IMG/VR virus record: IMGVR_UViG_3300032053_004772
Coordinates: 22,774-86,773 of that record
Source of the DNA: a virus
Direction: 5' to 3' (one strand)
DNA: 64,000 nucleotides
Part shown: positions 1-10,458 of the stretch, piece by piece
Layout: each line of letters begins with the position of its first letter
Numbering within the stretch: the stretch's first letter is position 1
Notes under the pieces: generated by a model
Told to the model about the DNA's origin: nothing
The model's database searches: none
The model's input: the letters and a program-made list of their open reading frames with translations, nothing else
Made by a program: the position numbers and the translations under genes

Positions 1-55
1 GGAGAGATTTATCGTAAAGTTCGCTGAGGCAATTCTGAACTCGAAGAGGTAATCG

Positions 56-535
56 ATGTCTAGTGCTACTCGTCGATGGATGGAAGATACGCTTACTACG
101 GTCAAGGATTACTTTGATCGTTATCTCGATGTGAAGATCGATGTGATCGCGAACGAGCGTCAAGCTCAAGTTCCTCACATTCAGCACACTAACATCGGCG
201 AGACAAAGACGATGGCGTTTCCTCGCATCGAGCTTCTTCCTGATCGAACAGAGCATGATTACGGTTTTCCAAATCAGCCGCTGACTTATCCGTGGCTGAG
301 TCATAACTTGGTCGTTTGGGTAGAGTACTCGTCCGGGAGTCTGGAGTCGGTGAGATCGACACTGATGCGGATCGTTGAAGCGATTAACCGAATCACAGAG
401 GACGATGATACGTATGGCGGACAGATTGTAGACGTCAGATTAGGTGTAGAGGACTACACACCGATGATGGAGGATCAAGAGAACAAGAAGATGATCCAGG
501 GAGTATCTATTCAACTCACGTGTCGTACACGTTGA
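56..535 (+). CDS. Putative tail terminator/tail completion protein
   Basis: 159 aa, directly upstream of the tail tube gene; size and position typical; no diagnostic motif. Confidence 0.55.
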   Translation: MSSATRRWMEDTLTTVKDYFDRYLDVKIDVIANERQAQVPHIQHTNIGETKTMAFPRIELLPDRTEHDYGFPNQPLTYPWLSHNLVVWVEYSSGSLESVRSTLMRIVEAINRITEDDDTYGGQIVDVRLGVEDYTPMMEDQENKKMIQGVSIQLTCRTR

Positions 536-551
536 GTAGGAGGAAAATAGG

Positions 552-1832
552 ATGCCCAGCATTAATAATATCAAGCTGACGGTTGGTGTAGAGGCAACCG
601 CTGGTCTACCTGTTTCCCGATCCAAGGTCGTTCCGATCAGTGGTGTTGTGACCGTTGATCGTAAGGCGAACACGGGAGAAGACCCTGCGATCGTTGGAAA
701 CAACATGTCCACTGGCGAGTATATCCTCTTTGCTGACGTTGGCGGAGATATCCCGCTTACCGTACGACCTGTCGGCGGGTTTGCCATGTTAGTCAAATCT
801 GCCCTCGGTTCGGAGGAAGCTGCTCCTAAGCAGATCGCGGGCTGTCTTCGGATTCGCTATACGGGCGCCTCAGCGAACTCGTATCTGAAAGCGACCGCAC
901 CGAGCTCTCTGATACACTACAAGGGTACTAGGGGTGCCGAGACAGCGGACACCAACTTCGGTACCGGAGGTACCTTGACTCTGACCGGAACCCTTGGCGC
1001 GATCGTTGCCACGATCGAAGCGTATACAGACATCGAGTGCGAGAAGGTGCTCGGTTTAGACTCTCTGGATATCGCTACTGCAGTGGTAGCGTTCGTTTCT
1101 AGGGAGTCGAAGAACACTTGGGCGTACGTGTGGTTCACAGGTACGTCTGGTGCTTATCGTCACGTCTTCACTGCCAATATGACCAGTACCGAGCGGCCGA
1201 CTCTCACGCTTCAGAAGGACGGTTACCAGGATAACTTCCTGTACGCAGGTTGCGTGGTAGATCAACTGAACATCTCAGGTGCTCTGAAGGCGATGATCGA
1301 GGGTTCTGCTTCGATTTTGGGGTTCACGGAGACAGGTAGTCAGAATCCGAGTGCGTTGAACTTGGATGACTACGAGCCGTGTATCTTCTACAACGGAGAC
1401 TTCTCTATCGGCGCTCACGAGTACAGCTACATCCGGAACTTCGAGTTGACCTTTCAGAACAACTCGAATCCGGACGGATACGGAGTCGGAACTCTGGATC
1501 GGCAGTATCATCAGAAGGGAATGACGGGTGTTACCGGAAACGTGAACGTTCGTCTGGACTCTAACTCCTTCGCTGAACGCGCGAAGATCTTCGCTAATAC
1601 GAAGGTTGCTCTCGTGTTCTATATGAAGGGTGGTATCATCAACGCTACTGCAACCGTTCCGGAGTTGATTCTGATCGAGCTGCCGTACTGCAGTTTACAG
1701 ACGTTCGACTTCGCAGAAAATGCGGGAGTGTTCGACGCTCAGATCGCGTTCCGGGCAGTGAAGCCCAAAGGTACGCTTTACAGTGAACCGATTACGATCA
1801 CGATGCTGAACTCAGACGTGAGCGTGTACTAA
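552..1832 (+). CDS. Major tail tube protein
   Basis: SD GGAGGA; beta-rich; features typical of siphovirus tubes (PTLTLQK, YAGCVVDQLNIS, FELTFQNN); followed by chaperone and tape measure genes. Confidence 0.8.
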   Translation: MPSINNIKLTVGVEATAGLPVSRSKVVPISGVVTVDRKANTGEDPAIVGNNMSTGEYILFADVGGDIPLTVRPVGGFAMLVKSALGSEEAAPKQIAGCLRIRYTGASANSYLKATAPSSLIHYKGTRGAETADTNFGTGGTLTLTGTLGAIVATIEAYTDIECEKVLGLDSLDIATAVVAFVSRESKNTWAYVWFTGTSGAYRHVFTANMTSTERPTLTLQKDGYQDNFLYAGCVVDQLNISGALKAMIEGSASILGFTETGSQNPSALNLDDYEPCIFYNGDFSIGAHEYSYIRNFELTFQNNSNPDGYGVGTLDRQYHQKGMTGVTGNVNVRLDSNSFAERAKIFANTKVALVFYMKGGIINATATVPELILIELPYCSLQTFDFAENAGVFDAQIAFRAVKPKGTLYSEPITITMLNSDVSVY

Positions 1833-1858
1833 ATCCGCGATTCTAGGAGGATAGGGTA

Positions 1859-2329
1859 ATGGCGAGTTGGGAAGAGGAAGCCAGAAGGGTACAGAGGGAG
1901 AATAAGCGAGAGCTTACGTCCCTCAAAGGACACTGGGTCATCGTTCGGAAGTTCACGATCAAAGCGCAAGAGAAGTTGAACGCGATGCGTCAACTCGTTG
2001 ACGTGGACGTAAAGGGTATTCCGAAAGTCAAGAAAGAGGGAGATCTGGCAGAGTTCATCGTGTTCGTCTTGAAGAACGGTGTTCTTGAGTCCAGTCTTAA
2101 GAAGACGGATGAAACTCCTGAGAGCTTTCAGGATGATGAGTTCTTGACTAAGCTGCTCGAGTACGCGGAAGTAGCGGATGAGATCTACATGTCCGTACTG
2201 GAGTTCAACCGCCCTTTAGAGAGGAAGAAAGACGAGTCCTCACAGACTGCGTCGAGTGGTTCTACCGAGGAACCCAATTCACCGCAGGACAAACCCTTCC
2301 CGACGGAACAGACCCAGGTAAAGAGTTAG
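1859..2329 (+). CDS. Tail assembly chaperone (gpG-like)
   Basis: Lies between tube and tape measure genes; contains slippery heptamer C CCT TTA at 2212-2218. Confidence 0.8.
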   Translation: MASWEEEARRVQRENKRELTSLKGHWVIVRKFTIKAQEKLNAMRQLVDVDVKGIPKVKKEGDLAEFIVFVLKNGVLESSLKKTDETPESFQDDEFLTKLLEYAEVADEIYMSVLEFNRPLERKKDESSQTASSGSTEEPNSPQDKPFPTEQTQVKS

Positions 2330-2574
2330 CCAGGTGGCGTCCGTTCATCGTTGAATGTTCCCGATTTCTGGATAGTGAAGGCACGTTTCGGCACTGGAAG
2401 TATCCAGGACCGTATTCAAATCAACCCGCTGTAGATATGGAAGTCTACGACGTGATTCGGCTGAAACTGATTCAGTTGAAGAATGAGGACATTAAGAAGA
2501 AAATGCCCTCAGGTCACGGATTCACTCCTGTACATCGGACGCCTCCTCGGTTCTCCAGCAGACGACGGAGGTAG
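2212..2574 (+). CDS. -1 frameshift extension of tail assembly chaperone (gpGT-like)
   Basis: The -1 frame from CCCTTTA is open to TAG at 2572-2574 (PFREEERR...YPGPYSNQPAVDMEVYDVIR...RRRR) and has no start of its own near the 5' end. Confidence 0.8.
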   Translation, partial: PFREEERRVLTDCVEWFYRGTQFTAGQTLPDGTDPGKELARWRPFIVECSRFLDSEGTFRHWKYPGPYSNQPAVDMEVYDVIRLKLIQLKNEDIKKKMPSGHGFTPVHRTPPRFSSRRRR

Positions 2575-2578
2575 CATC

Positions 2579-5356
2579 TTGGCTGTTCGGACCGGTGTTG
2601 ACATAGAGCTAAGAACTCGCGATCTTGCTACACAAGACATAGGCAAGGTTGACAAGGGTCTTGAGAATCTGGCTAAGACCGGAACCCAGAAAACCGGCGT
2701 TCAGCTTGTAGCTGCCTTCGCAAAAGTAGGAGGTGCTATCGCTGGCGCCGGTTTTGCGTTAAAGAAGGCTTTCGATGCTGCTCAGTATACTGCTCAGGTT
2801 GGACAGATACAGATGGCTTTTGATTCCATTACTACAAAGGCAGGTCAAGTATCTCGAGATGTTCTAAATTCGATGAGAGATATGTCTGCTGGGACAATCT
2901 CCTCGATGGATATGATGCTCTCAGCTAACAGAGCATCACTGCTGGGTATTCCAGTCGATAAGTTTGACGATTTAATGAAAATTGCGAGAGCATCAGCTGC
3001 TGCTACTGGAGCTTCCGTGACTGATATGTTCAACGACATCGTTGTCGGTATCGGTCGGTCTTCACCCATGATCTTGGATAACCTCGGTATCATCGTGAAG
3101 GAAGGAGAGGCCAACGAGAAGTGGGCGAAAGCGATGGGAAAGACTGTTCAGCAGATGACTGAGGTAGATAAGCGAGCGGCGTTACTGAACGCGGTTCTTG
3201 CACAGGGCGAGAGTATTATGGAACGCGTAGGTAAGGCCGGTCGTCAAGTAACGGATGCTCAGTTATTTCAGCAGATGACAGCAGCTGCAACTGATCTTAC
3301 TGTTCAGATCGGCAAGCTTCCTCTTTTCTTCATTCGAGAGTTGCTTCCCGCAGCAACGCAGATCTTACGTACTCTCGCTGGATGGGGAGAAGCACTTGAA
3401 GCTGCAGCTAAAAAGGCGAAAGAAGTTGTTGTTGCTGTTGCACTGGAAACAATTCGAAAGGAATTCGTCCTTCCGACGTTTGAGTTTTTTGCGCTAGATC
3501 AAGATATTCGCAGTTACGGTGACAAGTTGAAGACACTATACCTAGATATGATCAAGACTGGCGCTAAGATGATCGATATTGAGACTGCTCATCGTGATGT
3601 AGTCAAACAAGTAATGGATCGGATCAACAAGATTCTGAAGGATCAGCAAGAAATAGCGGCGATGGGTCCGGAGAACGTGAGACGTTTGAAGGATGAACTG
3701 AAGTATTTGGAAGGACAACTTGCGTTAAGAAACAAGGGCATCGCAGCCGCGAAAGCAGAGGCTGAAGCAACGGAGAGGACGCGGAAAGCGTTAGAGGCTC
3801 AAACTAAACTTCGAGAGCAACTTTCTAGTATCTACGGTAAGATGCTGGACTTCTATCCGGAAGAGATGCAGAAACTGCTTAAGTCGCGACAGCAGATCGA
3901 AGACAATATCTCTGATCTGAAGAACATGCTACTAAAGCCGATACCTCCTGTCATTCAGAAGGCTATTGCGGAATCTCTAGGATTTCAAGAAAACGAGCTA
4001 CGTCGAGTAATTGAGAGAATTGAGAGCATGTACCTCTCAGGTGCTGCTTCCTTTGCAGATGCAGCGAAAGAGATTGAAAAAGGTCTGGGAGATATCATCG
4101 CCGGATTTCCGCAAGTCGACATGGCACAGTTGATGGAGATGTCTGGTCTCGGGGGTGGTTTCGCTGCTATGGAACAGGCGATCATCGCCGGTATGCAGGG
4201 GAGAGAGATTAAGGTCTCTATTCCTGCTGGTGCTGTGAAGTTAGATCTGGACTTCGGCTTCCTGAAAACCCTTACGGACTCGTTGTACGACTTCGGAAAC
4301 TTCTTCGTGAATCTTGGACCTGGTATCACCGGGTTCTTTCAGTCGATGTGGACGGCTTTATCAAACCCAGTTCAGTTGCTGCTGAATATGGGTGACGCTG
4401 CGATCAACGGATTTCGAGCATTTACAGATGCGTTGAAGAAGGGAGCGGAGAGTCTCGCGAACTTCGCCATTCAAGGATTGATGAAGTTCGGTCAGTGGAT
4501 TTTGAACATGGTTATGTCTGCAGAGCCATTACAGAAGGTGTTTACTGATCTCTCTGCGCTGATGCAAACCGTGATCAACGTAGCGATCGCTCCTCTGATC
4601 GAAGCCTTGAGTCCTGTGATCGAAATTATTAAGGAGCTGTTCCTTACCCTCGGTTCGTACCTCATTCCAATCTTTCAGATCTTCGGTATGCTGATCAAGG
4701 CTTTAGAGCCGCTCTGGAAGGCGATCGCAAGCATATTAGGAGTCGTGTTTAAGATTCTCTGGCAACTTGCTCCCATCTTTGCGGTCGTTGCCCAGATTAT
4801 CGGAAACGTGATAACACCTATCCTACAAATGCTAACTCCGATCCTGGAGATGATTTCTCAGTTGTTTACAGCCCTAATGCCTGTGATTGAGATCTTGCTG
4901 AAGGCGTTAGATATTCTCTCTCGTCCAGTGGAGATTGTCGGTTTGATCATCGGGTGGTTAGCGACGAAGTTGATCGCGCTCGGTCAGTTGCTCATTTACA
5001 TCATCACTTTTCAGTGGGGGAAGATCAAGAACATCGATTGGGGGATGACTGTTGGTCAGTTATGGAACGCGATCAGTGACATCCTAACTCGTCCACTGGT
5101 AGATATTGGCGCGTATGAGACTGAGGTAACTCCAATTACTCTTCCGGAAGGTACTACTCCTGGAGGTGCAGCTCCCGGAAGTGAAACAACTGTTGAACGT
5201 GTACCTGATATTTACATCTATCAAACCTTCACTGGAAACGTGATTGGAGACGGTGGAATGGCTGCGGTTGGCAGATTTACAGCAGATGCCTTGCGAGTAC
5301 ATGCGGGTCTGGGTGGCGTGATTCATATCGAAGAAGCGATCGTACCAATTGCCTAA
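2579..5356 (+). CDS. Tape measure protein (start revised to TTG 2579)
   Basis: GGAGG SD upstream of TTG (MAVRTGVDIEL); motif GIGRSSPMILDNLGI; long helical body with amphipathic C-terminal repeats. Confidence 0.9.
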   Translation: MAVRTGVDIELRTRDLATQDIGKVDKGLENLAKTGTQKTGVQLVAAFAKVGGAIAGAGFALKKAFDAAQYTAQVGQIQMAFDSITTKAGQVSRDVLNSMRDMSAGTISSMDMMLSANRASLLGIPVDKFDDLMKIARASAAATGASVTDMFNDIVVGIGRSSPMILDNLGIIVKEGEANEKWAKAMGKTVQQMTEVDKRAALLNAVLAQGESIMERVGKAGRQVTDAQLFQQMTAAATDLTVQIGKLPLFFIRELLPAATQILRTLAGWGEALEAAAKKAKEVVVAVALETIRKEFVLPTFEFFALDQDIRSYGDKLKTLYLDMIKTGAKMIDIETAHRDVVKQVMDRINKILKDQQEIAAMGPENVRRLKDELKYLEGQLALRNKGIAAAKAEAEATERTRKALEAQTKLREQLSSIYGKMLDFYPEEMQKLLKSRQQIEDNISDLKNMLLKPIPPVIQKAIAESLGFQENELRRVIERIESMYLSGAASFADAAKEIEKGLGDIIAGFPQVDMAQLMEMSGLGGGFAAMEQAIIAGMQGREIKVSIPAGAVKLDLDFGFLKTLTDSLYDFGNFFVNLGPGITGFFQSMWTALSNPVQLLLNMGDAAINGFRAFTDALKKGAESLANFAIQGLMKFGQWILNMVMSAEPLQKVFTDLSALMQTVINVAIAPLIEALSPVIEIIKELFLTLGSYLIPIFQIFGMLIKALEPLWKAIASILGVVFKILWQLAPIFAVVAQIIGNVITPILQMLTPILEMISQLFTALMPVIEILLKALDILSRPVEIVGLIIGWLATKLIALGQLLIYIITFQWGKIKNIDWGMTVGQLWNAISDILTRPLVDIGAYETEVTPITLPEGTTPGGAAPGSETTVERVPDIYIYQTFTGNVIGDGGMAAVGRFTADALRVHAGLGGVIHIEEAIVPIA

Positions 5357-5366
5357 GGAGTAGATA

Positions 5367-8300
5367 GTGTCGTTCTTCGTTCCTACTACCATAGAGTTTG
5401 ATGCCGCGACAAGAGATCGAACCTCCGTTCGATGGCTCAAAGTCTTTGTTGATACCGACGGTGACGGCGATCTTGAAGACATTACGAGTTATCTAGACTT
5501 ATCAAAGGGTGGTGTTTCCGGAGGTGGCACAACTGACGAAGATCGAGGTATAGCGACAAAGTCTTATCAAGTACAGCTCCGAAATATCGATGAGACTCTT
5601 GTAGCAGGAGCGTGGGCTAACCGAAAGTGTGCCATCGAAGCAAAGGTCGGACTTACTGAGTACATTCGTTTTTTTACAGGGTATATTGATGAGTCCGGAC
5701 TCTCTCGAGACAAGAGAAATCTTTCCTCTGACTTTTTCTCCTTCCGAGCGTATGATCCCTCGAAGCGTTTGGGTATGCGTACTCAAACAAAGTCTGCTAT
5801 TTATCTTAACTTCAAGATATGCGATACTGTCTCTCCGTCTGCCTCACTCTTTCATGCTCTTGCTCTCGGACTAGGTCTCTCCGGTTCCGTGGATATAGAG
5901 ACTGTTTCCGTCAATCATACTAAGGACTATCTTCCTGTTAATAGAGGTGTAAATCTTTGGAAAGAACTTCAAGAACTTAACTCACAGTATATTGGTCATC
6001 TCGGGTTTCGCTATGATGGGAAGCTGAGATTTGTTTCTCGTCATCAGACTGGGTGGACTCCTCCGACATCAGAGTGGACCTTTCAAGGATACGGATCTGA
6101 CTCCGAGTATAACATTCACTCGTATTCTGAAGCTAGAGAGTCTCTCATTTGCAACAGATGTAAGACAGAGTTCGATCTCTATCAAGCGGTCACCGTTAGC
6201 GGTGTTATTTACAAGAATACCGATAACTGGGACTCGGTAAATCAGCGATGTCAAATCACGTTAGCTGCTGGAGCGTACTGGCCAGGACCTAACGCTGGTG
6301 ATGTAGCTCGCTTACGATTTAAGGATCCTACTTCTGGAGAAGGATTTCCAGTAGGAGCGAGTATCATAACTCCTACGATCGGAGCTGATGGAGCGAGTAC
6401 GGATATAGAGTCCTCAGGAGGACTTGCTACACTGATCAGTTTCAACGGTTCTCCTACTGATGCTACCCGACAGAATGCCGATAGTGCTGAGATCATTCTA
6501 AAGAATAACAACGGCGGATCTATTACGCTTCACAAACTTACGATTCGTGGAACAGCGTATCGAGTTCAGAAGAAACTGACTATCGAAGACGTGGACGCGA
6601 CCGTTACAAATGAGTGGGATTACGTTGATAAGGAGCTCCCTGGAAAGTACGCCGTCTCGGATACACAAGCGCACATGTCTACACTTCGTTGGATTGAGTT
6701 TGGGAAGATAGCTCGAGAGCGGTTCTCGATTATTACGGACTGGATTCCTCAAATTCAAGAGGGAGCGGTTGTCACTCTAAAACCGGATGTGTCAACTACT
6801 CTCTCATGTATCGTATCGAATTACTCGCATATGTGCAGTGGTCAGTACACGAGATGGCGAACGACTATTACTCTTCGTGAATTGGAGAGTTTTACTGTTA
6901 CCGGTTCTCCGAATGTAATTGTAGACACTTCAGGGAATGCTGCTCCTGAATCTCTATCGCAACTTCCTACCTTCACGGATTTGATTGAGGGCTTTGATGC
7001 TGGTGGAGGAACAACGACTCCGACAGCTCCTACGATTGCCGTTTGCAAAGGTGCATATCGCGCTATCAGCTTGAAATGGGATAAGCAGCTCAATCTCACG
7101 AACTTCGATCACTACGAGATTCAAGTGTCTGCCGATCAGGCGAGCTGGTATTCCCTCAAGTTCGACGGGACCGATTGGAAGGACACACTCGGAGCAGTGA
7201 CTGCCTGGACTGCAGAGATTTTGATTCACACCATGATTCCGAATGGTGGGACTGTCGATGTTCCAACAGCAGTTACACTTTACTACCGTGTACGACGAGC
7301 TATAAAAGTAGGAAGTCCTGGAAGTTGGAGTGCTAACGCTTCAGCGACGACGGTAGTTATTGGAACAGGCGATCTGGGTGCAGCGGCAGTCAATTTTCCG
7401 AAAATGGCAGGCGGGTATGGGTTGAACATGTTGCCCAACGGAGATTTCTCCGTCATGAACGACGCAGGAACCTGGCCGAAGGACTGGTCTCGGTATTACA
7501 GCAACGCGGGGTTCGCTGCTGATAGTTTTGGCGTTAATCTGTCCGCCGATTGGTCTTTGATGGGGAACGTGGACGCCTTCAATCGTCTGTATGCGAACAC
7601 TCTCTGGTTGTCGCAAGGTGCTCCTCTCGGACTTCCAAACGACTTTGACGAGTATTACTTCCTGATGATGCCTGTTATTCCTGGTCATAGATATTGTTTG
7701 AGTGTCTACACCGGGGCACATCGGTGCAAGGTTGGAGTTGCTATTGAGTGGTTTAATGCTGCTTTTGGTGGTCTCGGTGCATCGTCTCTTGGTGATCCAT
7801 TCAACGATGAGGCAGCTGCAGGTGGAAAGGTTCTCTCGGGATATAAGCGTATCTATACCTATGGCGATGCCCCTACTGGTGCTGCTTTCGGTCAGATTGC
7901 CATAAAAAAGTTTGACACTAAGCCTGGGCAGACCTCAAGTTACATGTTCCTCTGTCGTGCTGCCTTCGAGGAGATAGGGTCGAACGCCACCGTTCCCGGC
8001 CTCTGGATGCCTCCCCCGACTAACATCGTGACCGCAGGGATGATCTTAGCTGGTGCTGTGATCGCCGGTAAGATTGGAGCATTGGCAGTAGACACGGCTC
8101 AACTTGCAGCCTTGGCCGTGACTGCCGCCAAGATTGCAGCTAACACGATAACTGCTAACGAGATCGTTGCCGCTTTTCTCAGCGGTGCGTTCGCCAAGTT
8201 TACTGGTGAGCTTGCAGTAGGTCAGGACTACACGGGCAGCCCACCTGCGGGTGCGCAACGTATCGTGATCGACGGCAACGAACTTAGACTCGACGAGTGG

Positions 8301-10370
8301 GATGGGTCCGCCTGGCAGGTGATCTTCCGCATAGGTGGAGATGATGCGCTCAAGTGGTACCTCCAGGCTCGCGGGTTGATCAAGACCGGAACTGATATTT
8401 CGGGGCTGGAGATTGGGGATGGAGCGCCGAGTGGCTCTCAGGTTTTCGACTTCGAGAACGACTACCAAGACAAAACTGGCGCGGACCCCTGGGATACGAA
8501 ACTCGATCTGGCATTTTCTGTGTTGGAAAAGTTTGGGTCCTACGCATTGAGCGCATCGGCGGCTACAGGGCGATTGACTGATAACGTTGCGTTGGGAATC
8601 TCTGCTGTGGACTTTGGCCTTTCCTTTTGGCACTATAAGCCGGCACGAACTGAAGACCGAATATTATTCCAAGCAGTCAAAACGAGTAAGCAAATCGGTT
8701 CGGGTTTGCCCATCGCGGGGATAGGAATGGCTGCTTTAGCAAGATTAAACGCTACTGATGTAGCCTTTATTGATTCTACCATAGAAGAGCTTCGGACCTA
8801 TCATTGGAATGGTTCTGCCTGGTCGCTGCTTGGTACGGGTTTGTCAATTGCGGGGATATATCGTCCTGCTCTGACCGCACTAAACGCAACCGATGTCGCC
8901 TATATTGATAATACCTTAGATGAACTCAGAACGTATCGCTGGAACGAGTCTACATGGTCGATGCTCGGGTCCGGTTTATCGATTCCGACAGCCGGTTATC
9001 ATGCCCTCACAAAGTTGAATGCTACCGACATCGCCCTTTTCGATTCCGGCGCAGATGAGCTTCGTACTTATCGCTGGAGTGGATCATCCTGGTCGCTGAT
9101 CGGTTCAGGCTTCTCGATCGTGGGGGCTGCAACCCCTGCTCTGACCGCACTAAACGCAACCGATGTCGCTTTCATCGATGAAGCTTTAGATGAACTCAGA
9201 ACGTATCGCTGGAACGGGTCTACATGGTCATTGGAAGGTACAGGTTTGTCGATTTCTGCAACCGGAACCCCCTGTTTGGCCGGATTGAATGCGACGGATG
9301 TTGCTTATATCGATTCTTCTATAGAGCAACTTCGTACTTATCGCTGGAGTGGATCATCCTGGTCGCTGCTTGGTACGGGTTTGTCAATTGCGGGAATCGG
9401 GGTTCCCGCTCTGGCCGCTTTGAATACGACTACTGTTGCTTTTATCGATGATATTTTGGATGAGCTTCGGACGTATTCTCTCGTTGGTATGGTGCTGTAT
9501 GAAACTGCTACCGGCTACAAACTCATCGTTGATGGCACTGTCGAGCAGACGCGCAATGCCGCCGAGGCTCAGTGGCACCACGTGGGGCTCACCAGCCGGG
9601 ACGTGGCCGGGCAGAAGAAATGGGGATTGGCTGTCGATGCCTGGAGTGTCGAGACCAACATCGCTGCCTATCCGGTCGTGACCGGTTCTTGGTTGGACAT
9701 CCTTTTAGATGCGAATACGCGAATTGACGACTTGGCCGTACTTACTTCCTCTGCCTTGTTAAGCTTGGCAGAGATGTTATCTCACTATGCCATCGGGCAA
9801 CCCTGGGTCGACGCCTCTACCGGGATCGATATGCTGTTGGACCTAATCCTCATGGCCAAGAGCGGTGGGAAGATCAAGTTGCTCAGCCCGACAGATGCCT
9901 CCGGCGGATTGGCTTGGCCGCTACTCTACATCGAGGACCAGAAAGCATCGGGCACGAGCGGCGGTGATTCTGTTGCGGGTGCCTGGACTCAACGGGTTTT
10001 AAATACGGTTCTGCTAAACTCGATCAGTGGCGCGAGTCTTGCGTCAAATAGGATCACCCTGCCGGCCGGCACATACTTTGTGGAGGCATCTGCTCCTGTG
10101 CATCGGGGGGACAACCATAAATTGAAATTGTATAATTACACCGATAGCACGGACATTCCCAATTTGATGGGGAGCAGCGAACAAGCTGCTGCGGCAGATA
10201 ATTCCACGACAAGATCCTTCGTGAAGGGTGTTTTTACTTTAGCTACTCAAAAAACGGTAGAACTGCGACATCGCGTTGCGACAGCGGTTGCGACTTATGG
10301 GTTCGGTGTAGCGAGTAGTATGTCAGTGATCGAAGTGTACGCGCAAATCGAGATTAGGAAGATCGCATGA
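5367..10370 (+). CDS. Large tail tip / receptor-binding protein (tail-hub-like N-terminus, FN3-like, CBM-like, LamG-like and beta-propeller repeat domains)
   Basis: 1667 aa after the tape measure gene; FN3-like segment (ISLKW...YEIQVS...YYRVR...GSWS); NMLPNGDFS CBM-like start; 45-aa repeats. Confidence 0.8.
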   Translation: MSFFVPTTIEFDAATRDRTSVRWLKVFVDTDGDGDLEDITSYLDLSKGGVSGGGTTDEDRGIATKSYQVQLRNIDETLVAGAWANRKCAIEAKVGLTEYIRFFTGYIDESGLSRDKRNLSSDFFSFRAYDPSKRLGMRTQTKSAIYLNFKICDTVSPSASLFHALALGLGLSGSVDIETVSVNHTKDYLPVNRGVNLWKELQELNSQYIGHLGFRYDGKLRFVSRHQTGWTPPTSEWTFQGYGSDSEYNIHSYSEARESLICNRCKTEFDLYQAVTVSGVIYKNTDNWDSVNQRCQITLAAGAYWPGPNAGDVARLRFKDPTSGEGFPVGASIITPTIGADGASTDIESSGGLATLISFNGSPTDATRQNADSAEIILKNNNGGSITLHKLTIRGTAYRVQKKLTIEDVDATVTNEWDYVDKELPGKYAVSDTQAHMSTLRWIEFGKIARERFSIITDWIPQIQEGAVVTLKPDVSTTLSCIVSNYSHMCSGQYTRWRTTITLRELESFTVTGSPNVIVDTSGNAAPESLSQLPTFTDLIEGFDAGGGTTTPTAPTIAVCKGAYRAISLKWDKQLNLTNFDHYEIQVSADQASWYSLKFDGTDWKDTLGAVTAWTAEILIHTMIPNGGTVDVPTAVTLYYRVRRAIKVGSPGSWSANASATTVVIGTGDLGAAAVNFPKMAGGYGLNMLPNGDFSVMNDAGTWPKDWSRYYSNAGFAADSFGVNLSADWSLMGNVDAFNRLYANTLWLSQGAPLGLPNDFDEYYFLMMPVIPGHRYCLSVYTGAHRCKVGVAIEWFNAAFGGLGASSLGDPFNDEAAAGGKVLSGYKRIYTYGDAPTGAAFGQIAIKKFDTKPGQTSSYMFLCRAAFEEIGSNATVPGLWMPPPTNIVTAGMILAGAVIAGKIGALAVDTAQLAALAVTAAKIAANTITANEIVAAFLSGAFAKFTGELAVGQDYTGSPPAGAQRIVIDGNELRLDEWDGSAWQVIFRIGGDDALKWYLQARGLIKTGTDISGLEIGDGAPSGSQVFDFENDYQDKTGADPWDTKLDLAFSVLEKFGSYALSASAATGRLTDNVALGISAVDFGLSFWHYKPARTEDRILFQAVKTSKQIGSGLPIAGIGMAALARLNATDVAFIDSTIEELRTYHWNGSAWSLLGTGLSIAGIYRPALTALNATDVAYIDNTLDELRTYRWNESTWSMLGSGLSIPTAGYHALTKLNATDIALFDSGADELRTYRWSGSSWSLIGSGFSIVGAATPALTALNATDVAFIDEALDELRTYRWNGSTWSLEGTGLSISATGTPCLAGLNATDVAYIDSSIEQLRTYRWSGSSWSLLGTGLSIAGIGVPALAALNTTTVAFIDDILDELRTYSLVGMVLYETATGYKLIVDGTVEQTRNAAEAQWHHVGLTSRDVAGQKKWGLAVDAWSVETNIAAYPVVTGSWLDILLDANTRIDDLAVLTSSALLSLAEMLSHYAIGQPWVDASTGIDMLLDLILMAKSGGKIKLLSPTDASGGLAWPLLYIEDQKASGTSGGDSVAGAWTQRVLNTVLLNSISGASLASNRITLPAGTYFVEASAPVHRGDNHKLKLYNYTDSTDIPNLMGSSEQAAAADNSTTRSFVKGVFTLATQKTVELRHRVATAVATYGFGVASSMSVIEVYAQIEIRKIA
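8690..9480 (+). repeat. About six tandem 135-nt (45-aa) repeats encoding a probable beta-propeller
   Basis: Repeat ALTALNATDVAYID..DELRTYRW.GS.WSL.G.GLSI.G; exact DNA duplications such as cttcgtacttatcgctggagtggatcatcctggtcgctg at ~9060 and ~9330. Confidence 0.9.
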
Positions 10371-10450
10371 CGGACGCGACGCACAGAAACGGCAACATAC
10401 GGTGGCTCATCGGACTTGGCTTCGCGGTCGCTCTTGAAAAGACAGGTTAG
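10367..10450 (+). CDS. 27-aa micro-ORF or gene remnant (MTDATHRNGNIRWLIGLGFAVALEKTG)
   Basis: ATGA overlap with the tail gene stop; short hydrophobic stretch. Confidence 0.35.
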   Translation: MTDATHRNGNIRWLIGLGFAVALEKTG

Positions 10451-10458
10451 GAGTCAGC

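Noticed and set aside
2483-2578. ORF-track start of the tape measure gene
   Set aside because: Overlaps the frameshifted chaperone frame; the SD-supported TTG at 2579 fits better
8690-9480. CRISPR-like array
   Set aside because: The repeats are in-frame 135-nt coding repeats without unique spacers
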